A DNA stretch of 64,000 nucleotides, taken from assembly GCA_016195025.1 (NCBI GenBank), contig JACQAL010000036.1:19411-83410 (forward strand). The letters run 5' to 3'. Shown here one piece after another: positions 58,099 to 64,000 of this stretch (position 1 is its first letter; each line of letters begins with the position of its first letter). The notes under the pieces are model-generated. The model made no database searches. It was not told the DNA's origin and saw only the letters and a program-made list of their open reading frames with translations. This DNA comes from Bacteroidota bacterium (GTDB taxonomy: Bacteria > Bacteroidota > Bacteroidia > Palsa-948). The position numbers and the translations under genes are program-made.

Positions 58099-58877
58099 AA
58101 AAAATATTTGTCATAAAGATTGGCGGCAACGTGATAGATGATGAAACGCAACTTTCATCTTTCCTGGATGATTTTTCTAAAATAAAAGAGATGAAAATTC
58201 TTATTCACGGTGGAGGAAAAATTGCAACAGAACTTTCCAAACAACTCGGCATAGAATCAAAAATGATAGACGGCAGAAGAATTACAGATTCAGAAACCTT
58301 GAAAGTTGTTCAGATGGTTTATGGCGGATTGATTAATAAAAATATTGTTGCAAAACTTCAAGGGAGAAAATGCAATGCGATTGGATTAACCGGAGCAGAT
58401 GGAAATATTATTCTGGCAAAAAAAAGAAAATCAGAAATTGATTATGGTTTTGTGGGCGATGTGAAAAAAGTCAATGCAGAAAAAATATTTTCAATTCTGA
58501 ATTCCGGATTGGTTCCTGTCATTGCTCCGCTCACACACAATGGTAAAGGACAAATTCTGAATACAAATGCTGACACAATAGCAGCGGCAGTGGCAGCGGC
58601 AGTAGCAGGCAAATACAATGTCACTTTAATTTACTGCTTTGAAAAATCAGGTGTGCTGAGAAATGTGGAAGATGAAAATTCTGTGATTAAGAGAATGAAT
58701 TCAACAGATTACAAAAAACACAAAGCAGAAGGAATAATTTCTAAAGGAATGATTCCCAAACTGGATAATGCCTTTGACGCGATTAAGAAAAAAGTAAAAT
58801 CAGTTGTAATTTGTCACTCAAAAGACTTGTCAAAAGTTGCTTCAAACAAAAAGGTTGGAACACGTCTTGAGAAATGA
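58095..58877 (+). CDS. argB: Acetyl(acyl)glutamate kinase
   Basis: IKIGG, HGGG, GRRITD, LNTNAD, GMIPK. Confidence 0.95.
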   Translation: MKKIFVIKIGGNVIDDETQLSSFLDDFSKIKEMKILIHGGGKIATELSKQLGIESKMIDGRRITDSETLKVVQMVYGGLINKNIVAKLQGRKCNAIGLTGADGNIILAKKRKSEIDYGFVGDVKKVNAEKIFSILNSGLVPVIAPLTHNGKGQILNTNADTIAAAVAAAVAGKYNVTLIYCFEKSGVLRNVEDENSVIKRMNSTDYKKHKAEGIISKGMIPKLDNAFDAIKKKVKSVVICHSKDLSKVASNKKVGTRLEK

Positions 58878-59938
58878 CTATAGAAAATCTCATTAACGAA
58901 GCAACCGGACTTCTCAAAGAATTAATTTCAATTGAATCATTCAGCACGCAGGAAAATAAAACTGCCGATGCACTTCAGAATTTTTTTGAAAGACACGGAG
59001 TCAAAACTTTCCGGAAAGGAAATAACGTGTGGGCTAAGAACAAATATTTTGATTCTACAAAACCAACGATTCTTCTCAACTCCCATCACGATACAGTAAA
59101 ACCAAACGCGAGCTGGACACTGAATCCATTTCAATCAATAGTGAAAGATGAAAAACTTTTTGGTTTAGGAAGCAATGATGCGGGTGGTGCGTTAGTTTCT
59201 ATCATCGCAACTTTTCTTTACTTCAATGAAAATAAAAATCTGAAATATAATTTTATTATAGCAGGAACTGCGGAAGAAGAAAATTCCGGAAAAGGCGGAG
59301 TGGAATTAATGCGCGATGAAATAGGTAAAATAGATTTTGCTATTGTGGGTGAGCCCACTGAAATGAAAATGGCAGTTGCTGAAAAAGGATTGATGGTGCT
59401 GGATTGCATTGCAAAAGGAAAAGCGGGACACGCTGCGCGCGACATAGGAGAAAATGCAATTGTGAGTGCGATAAAAGATATTGAATGGTTTCATTCTTAC
59501 CAGTTCGATAAAGTTTCTGAAACGCTTGGACCAATTAAAATGACTTGTACAATTATAAATTCCGGAAGCCAGCATAATGTAATTCCTGATATCTGCAAGT
59601 TCACCGTTGATGTGCGCACAACAGAAGTTCATTTGAATGAAGTGGTTTTAGAAACTATCCGTGCGAATGTGAAAAGCAAAGTAACTCCGCGCTCCACGAG
59701 ATTGCAGCCATCCGGCATAGATAAAAATCAGTTGCTTGTTAAGACGGCAAAGAAACTTAGAATAGAAATTTTTGGTTCGGCAACAACTTCGGATATGGCG
59801 TTGTGGAAAGTTCCCGCAGTGAAAATGGGTCCCGGAAAATCTGAGCGTTCGCATACTGCGGATGAATTTATTTACTTAAAAGAAATTGAAGAAGGAATCA
59901 AAATCTATATTAAACTCTTGGAAGAAATTGTTTTATAG
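58874..59938 (+). CDS. argE: M20 deacylase (ArgE role)
   Basis: NSHHDTV, GSNDAG, AEEE, VGEPT, SHTADE; inside the arg operon. Confidence 0.88.
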   Translation: MTIENLINEATGLLKELISIESFSTQENKTADALQNFFERHGVKTFRKGNNVWAKNKYFDSTKPTILLNSHHDTVKPNASWTLNPFQSIVKDEKLFGLGSNDAGGALVSIIATFLYFNENKNLKYNFIIAGTAEEENSGKGGVELMRDEIGKIDFAIVGEPTEMKMAVAEKGLMVLDCIAKGKAGHAARDIGENAIVSAIKDIEWFHSYQFDKVSETLGPIKMTCTIINSGSQHNVIPDICKFTVDVRTTEVHLNEVVLETIRANVKSKVTPRSTRLQPSGIDKNQLLVKTAKKLRIEIFGSATTSDMALWKVPAVKMGPGKSERSHTADEFIYLKEIEEGIKIYIKLLEEIVL

Positions 59939-59977
59939 TTCATTCGTATATTCGTAGCGATTCGTTATCCGTACCCT

Positions 59978-61318
59978 ATGAAGTTGTGGCAGAAAAAAAT
60001 ATCCGTGAACAAGCAAGTTGAAAAATTCACCATCGGAAAAGACCGTGAATTGGATTTGCTATTAGCCGAACACGATGTGCTTGGCTCGATGGCGCACGCG
60101 AAAATGCTCGCGCACGTTGGCTTGCTGAAAAAAAATGATCAGAGAAAACTTCATTCGGAACTAAAAAATATTTTACAAAAAATTCAATTTGGAAAATTTG
60201 TAATTGAAAATGGTGTGGAGGATGTGCATTCGCAAATTGAATTTCTTTTGACTAAAAAGTTGGGAGAGATTGGGAAAAAAATTCATTCTGCCCGCTCGCG
60301 CAACGACCAGGTTCTGCTTGACATAAAACTTTTTTCAAGAATGGAAATTTTCAAAGTGGCAGAAAATGTTTCAGCGCTTTTCAATCTTTTTATTTCTCTC
60401 AGTAACAAGAACAAGAACAAACTTCTTCCCGGCTATACACATTTACAGATTGCGATGCCTTCTTCCTTCGGGCTTTGGTTTGGCGCGTATGCCGAAAGTT
60501 TAAAAGATGATTTAGAATTTTTGTTTTCAGTTTACAAAATCATAAACAAAAATCCGCTGGGTTCAGGAGCGGGATATGGTGGTTCACTTCCGATAAACAG
60601 AAATCTCACAACAAAACTTTTAGGTTTTGACGGACTGAATCATAATTCCGTTTATGCGCAAATGACAAGAGGGAAAACGAAAAAGCTGGTGAGCTATGCG
60701 CTGGCAAATATTGCTTCGACACTTTCAAAACTTGCAATGGATGTTTGCCTCTTTATGAACCAGAATTTTGATTTCATTTCTTTTCCGGAAGAATTAACCA
60801 CCGGCTCCAGCATTATGCCTCATAAAAAAAATCCTGATGTGTTTGAATTGATTCGCGGAAAGTGCAACCGGATGCAAATTCTTCCGGAACAGATTTCTGC
60901 AGTGACAAAAAATCTTCCATCCGGCTATCACAGGGATTTTCAAATTCTGAAAGAAATTTATTTTCCTGCTTTTGCTGAGTTGAATGATTGCCTGACAATG
61001 ACAACTTTTATGCTTGAAAAAATAAAAGTGAAAGACAATATTCTTTCAGATGAAAAATACAAATACCTTTTCAGCGTGGATGCTGTAAATGAACTGGTGA
61101 AAAAAGGAATGCCATTTCGCGAAGCATATAAAAAAGTCGGAGAGGAAATTGCTTCAGGAAAATTCTTCCGTCCGAAAAAAGTTTCTTACACGCATGAAGG
61201 AAGCATTGGCAATCTGAAGAATGAAGTGATTGTTCGGGAGATGAATGCGGTGAGAAAAAATTTCAGAAGAGAATCTGCAAGAGTGAAAAGGATACTAAAC
61301 AACCTTCAGAAGAAATAA
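59978..61318 (+). CDS. argH: Argininosuccinate lyase
   Basis: RSRNDQ, PGYTHLQ, GSSIMPHKKNPD. Confidence 0.97.
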   Translation: MKLWQKKISVNKQVEKFTIGKDRELDLLLAEHDVLGSMAHAKMLAHVGLLKKNDQRKLHSELKNILQKIQFGKFVIENGVEDVHSQIEFLLTKKLGEIGKKIHSARSRNDQVLLDIKLFSRMEIFKVAENVSALFNLFISLSNKNKNKLLPGYTHLQIAMPSSFGLWFGAYAESLKDDLEFLFSVYKIINKNPLGSGAGYGGSLPINRNLTTKLLGFDGLNHNSVYAQMTRGKTKKLVSYALANIASTLSKLAMDVCLFMNQNFDFISFPEELTTGSSIMPHKKNPDVFELIRGKCNRMQILPEQISAVTKNLPSGYHRDFQILKEIYFPAFAELNDCLTMTTFMLEKIKVKDNILSDEKYKYLFSVDAVNELVKKGMPFREAYKKVGEEIASGKFFRPKKVSYTHEGSIGNLKNEVIVREMNAVRKNFRRESARVKRILNNLQKK

Positions 61319-61337
61319 ATTATTCATTAAAATTTTG

Positions 61338-61411
61338 TGGGCCCTGCTGGGAACGATCCAGCGACCCTCAGATTATGAGTCTGATGCTCTAACCAGCTGA
61401 GCTAAGGGCCC
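61338..61411 (-). tRNA. tRNA with CAT anticodon, probably tRNA-Ile2 (lysidine)
   Basis: GGGCCCTTAGCTCAGCTGGTTAGAGC-A-TCAGA-CT-CAT-AA-TCTGA; ileX-like body; TAAATTTG box at 61431-61438. Confidence 0.85.
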
Positions 61412-61422
61412 AATTCTTATTT

Positions 61423-62070
61423 TTGGAATGCAAATTTAACTTTCCTGTGCAAATAAACAGTTCGATTAAGAATATCATTTTTGATTTGGGTGGAGTGATT
61501 CTCAATATTGATTATTCACTCTGCGAAAAAGCGTTTACAAAATTTGGAGTGCATGATTTTAAAAATATTTATTCGCAAAAAGGCCAGTTGGATTTGTTTG
61601 ATGATTTTGAAACAGGAAAAATTTCTGCCGGTGAATTCAGAACACGGCTTAAGAAATTAATTCCTCAGAAAGTTTCGGATGAACAATTTGATGAGGCATG
61701 GGATGCCATGCTTCTTGATTTGCCGAAAGAGAGAGTTGAATTATTGCAGAAGTTAAAAAAACAATATAGAACTTTTCTTCTCAGCAATACAAATGAAATC
61801 CATATTAAATGGGTTTCAGACCATCTCTTTCGGACTTTTGGATTTAAAATTTTTAATTCTCTTTTTGAAAAAGTATATTTCTCCTATGAGATGGGAATGA
61901 GAAAGCCCAATGCTGAAATCTTTGAGTTAGTTTTGAAAGAAAATAAGCTGAAAAAAGATGAAACACTTTTTATTGATGATTCCATACAGCATATTGAAAG
62001 TGCGAAGCAAATCGGAATTAAAACTTTATTCCTGGAGAAAGGAAAAACTATTTTGGATTTATTTACCTGA
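61423..62070 (+). CDS. HAD family phosphatase (YihX-like); true start probably slightly downstream
   Basis: IFDLGGV, LLSNTN, RKP, FIDD. Confidence 0.92.
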   Translation: MECKFNFPVQINSSIKNIIFDLGGVILNIDYSLCEKAFTKFGVHDFKNIYSQKGQLDLFDDFETGKISAGEFRTRLKKLIPQKVSDEQFDEAWDAMLLDLPKERVELLQKLKKQYRTFLLSNTNEIHIKWVSDHLFRTFGFKIFNSLFEKVYFSYEMGMRKPNAEIFELVLKENKLKKDETLFIDDSIQHIESAKQIGIKTLFLEKGKTILDLFT

Positions 62071-62464
62071 TTTCTTGACATAATTCCACCAGCACCCCAT
62101 TCGTGCTTTTGGGATGAAGAAAGCAAACCATTTTATTATCCGCTCCGTGAAAAGGTTCATCGCGTGTGAAAATAAATCCAGCTTCTTTCAGCCGTTTCAT
62201 TTCTGCTTTTATATCTTCCACTTCGTAAGCGATGTGATGAATACCTTCGCCTCTTTTCTCTATGAATTTTGCAACAGCACTTTCAGGATTTGAAGCTTCG
62301 AGCAATTCAATTTTTGTTTCACCTATCTGAAAAAAAGAAGTGGTTACTCCTTCGTGTTCTACTTTTTCTTCCTTATATAAATTTTTCCCAAAGAGTTTTG
62401 AAAAAAGTTTATTTGCTTCTTTTAAATTCTTTACAGCAATTCCTATATGTTCAACTTTTTTCAC
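62063..62464 (-). CDS. mce: Methylmalonyl-CoA epimerase
   Basis: EHIGIAV, IELLE, GEGIHHIA, FLHPK.TNGVLVEL. Confidence 0.95.
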   Translation of the reverse strand: MKKVEHIGIAVKNLKEANKLFSKLFGKNLYKEEKVEHEGVTTSFFQIGETKIELLEASNPESAVAKFIEKRGEGIHHIAYEVEDIKAEMKRLKEAGFIFTRDEPFHGADNKMVCFLHPKSTNGVLVELCQEIR

Positions 62465-62468
62465 AATA

Positions 62469-62517
62469 AAAAACCCCTCTCCAAAGGGCAGAGGGGAAAA
62501 TAATATCGGGGGTTTTT
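62469..62517. repeat. REP-like palindrome related to 13617-13672
   Basis: CCCCTCT-CCAAAGGGC-AGAGGGG with outer AAAAACCCC/GGGGTTTTT arms. Confidence 0.5.
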
Positions 62518-62523
62518 CAAGGG

Positions 62524-63315
62524 CTACTTCTTAATGAACTCAGCTGTTTTATTATCGTAGTTCAGATAATAAACTCCTTTGGCTAAGTTTGCGCAATCCA
62601 CTTCTTTGCCGAATCCTTTCTTCACCACGTTTCCATACTGGTCGTAAATTTCATAGAGCGTTTCGGCAGAAAATGTAATGTCTTTTGAAACTTTTACGGG
62701 AGCGTAAGTGACTTCGGCAATAGTTGAAACATATTTTACGGGCTTGGAATAGCGGGGTTGGCTGGTATAATCCACTTGCTTGAGGCGGATTTGATTTTCA
62801 CCGGAGTGAAGCGTGGTAACTTTGAAAACATAATCGTTGTTGTCACCAATTCCTTTTCCTTCGGTTTCGCCCACTTTCACCCATTTGTTCCAGCGGTATT
62901 GCTCAATCACAAACGGAAGTTTTCCGGTTTCATTTTTAGTTGTCCACTTCAGCGTTCCGTCCGCATCTAATTTCATGGCGGTAACTTCATAAGTGCTTTT
63001 TGGTTTGAGAACTTCCGGATTCAGAACTTTGGGTTTGCAATCGTCCTTGTGAGTAATCTTCACAGAAATTTTATCTCCAATCTTAAACTGGTAATTATTG
63101 AAATCAATTTCAAACGCGCTGGAGTTCACCTCATCGGTGGTAACCTGCCCGTTCACTTCCACTTTCTGAACGCAAAAACCCACACCGCTTCCGGCAAAAG
63201 GATTTTGCACGTATAAATTTTTCCCCTGGTAATTTCCTTCGAGAATAATGTTGCCCGCTGAAGAAATAAATGCAACACTAAGAAATGCCTGAATCAGAAA
63301 GATTGCTTTTTTCAT
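62524..63315 (-). CDS. Conserved hypothetical secreted beta-rich protein
   Basis: Signal peptide; C-terminal YDQYGNVV...LAKGVYYL resembles a shortened T9SS CTD. Confidence 0.75.
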   Translation of the reverse strand: MKKAIFLIQAFLSVAFISSAGNIILEGNYQGKNLYVQNPFAGSGVGFCVQKVEVNGQVTTDEVNSSAFEIDFNNYQFKIGDKISVKITHKDDCKPKVLNPEVLKPKSTYEVTAMKLDADGTLKWTTKNETGKLPFVIEQYRWNKWVKVGETEGKGIGDNNDYVFKVTTLHSGENQIRLKQVDYTSQPRYSKPVKYVSTIAEVTYAPVKVSKDITFSAETLYEIYDQYGNVVKKGFGKEVDCANLAKGVYYLNYDNKTAEFIKK

Positions 63316-63444
63316 CCGCTTAAGAGGTCAGTTTTTTGCTTGGCAAATATAATACTTTATTGAAATGACAACTTTTTTTTGAACATTTTAAGGGGGCTCT
63401 CGGTGCTAATAATTTTTACTTTTGCGCGGGCGCAAAGTGTGTAA

Positions 63445-64000
63445 ATGAAAAAAATTTATTATATAGTCGGAATTATAGTATTGGCAGCATGCGGCAATCC
63501 GAATGGAATATCTCATCCCGAAGCCGCGGGCGGGCGCATATATGGCGGCACATTGAAAGTGAATGAAAATGACAAGTATGTTTCTCTGTATCCGCATCTG
63601 ATTACCGATGTAATTTCTCTCGATATTGCCAGCCAGATGTATGACGGGTTGGTTCGCATTGATGCAAAAAACATTGCCAAAATATTACCCGACATTGCAG
63701 AAAGCTGGACGATGGATGAATCGGGAACGGTTTATACTTTCAAGTTAAAGAAGGGCGTGAAGTTTCACGATGATGCTTGTTTCAAGGATGGAAAAGGGCG
63801 CGAAGTGAAAGCATCGGATTTCAAATATGTGTTTGATTTGCTTTTTGACGAAGGCGAGAAAACAAGTTTTGCTTCCACGTTCAAGCAGCGAATCAAAGGC
63901 GGAAAAGAGGGCGTGAAGGCGCCCGATGATTACACGCTTCAGATTACGCTCGCTTCTCCCACCGGAGTTTTTTTGTATTTGCTTGCCGGTTCGCAGGGAT
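63445..64000 (+). CDS. ABC transporter substrate-binding lipoprotein, family 5 (3'-partial)
   Basis: Hand translation MKKIYYIVGIIVLAACG...YDGLVR...PDIAESW...YTFKLKKGVKFHD; open to the window end. Confidence 0.9.
   Translation, partial: MKKIYYIVGIIVLAACGNPNGISHPEAAGGRIYGGTLKVNENDKYVSLYPHLITDVISLDIASQMYDGLVRIDAKNIAKILPDIAESWTMDESGTVYTFKLKKGVKFHDDACFKDGKGREVKASDFKYVFDLLFDEGEKTSFASTFKQRIKGGKEGVKAPDDYTLQITLASPTGVFLYLLAGSQG

Overview
AT-rich bacterial chromosomal window, almost certainly Bacteroidota (TAnnTTTG promoter boxes, T9SS C-terminal sorting domains, GNAT-argG-argC-argD-argF'-argB-argE-argH cluster). It is mostly housekeeping: gatB end, rfaD, rseP-dxr, sulfate assimilation operon, ybeY-accC, alpha-2-macroglobulin, TetR-TolC-RND efflux operon, asnS-rpoN, arginine operon, mce and four tRNAs. 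The best novel signal is absent from the ORF track. Two poly-cysteine small ORFs appear to control the sulfate assimilation operon. The first (13742-13831, MKTKITFQTIMTMCCCCYMRTRKGFVFKR) sits behind a consensus promoter and overlaps mutually exclusive antiterminator/terminator hairpins, the geometry of a ribosome-mediated Cys attenuator. The second (16057-16122, MKKFLIKYKYEYCCCCRMCRM) lies inside the operon and has no hairpin. A second candidate is an accessory block at 6.2-8.8 kb: a captured operon fragment truncated at both ends, then a Mor-like HTH gene, an FN3-domain gene, a terminator and a degenerate 21-bp tandem array. Several short intergenic repeat families also occur in frame inside signal peptides and a T9SS domain. 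All assignments come from reading motifs by eye; no database search was run.
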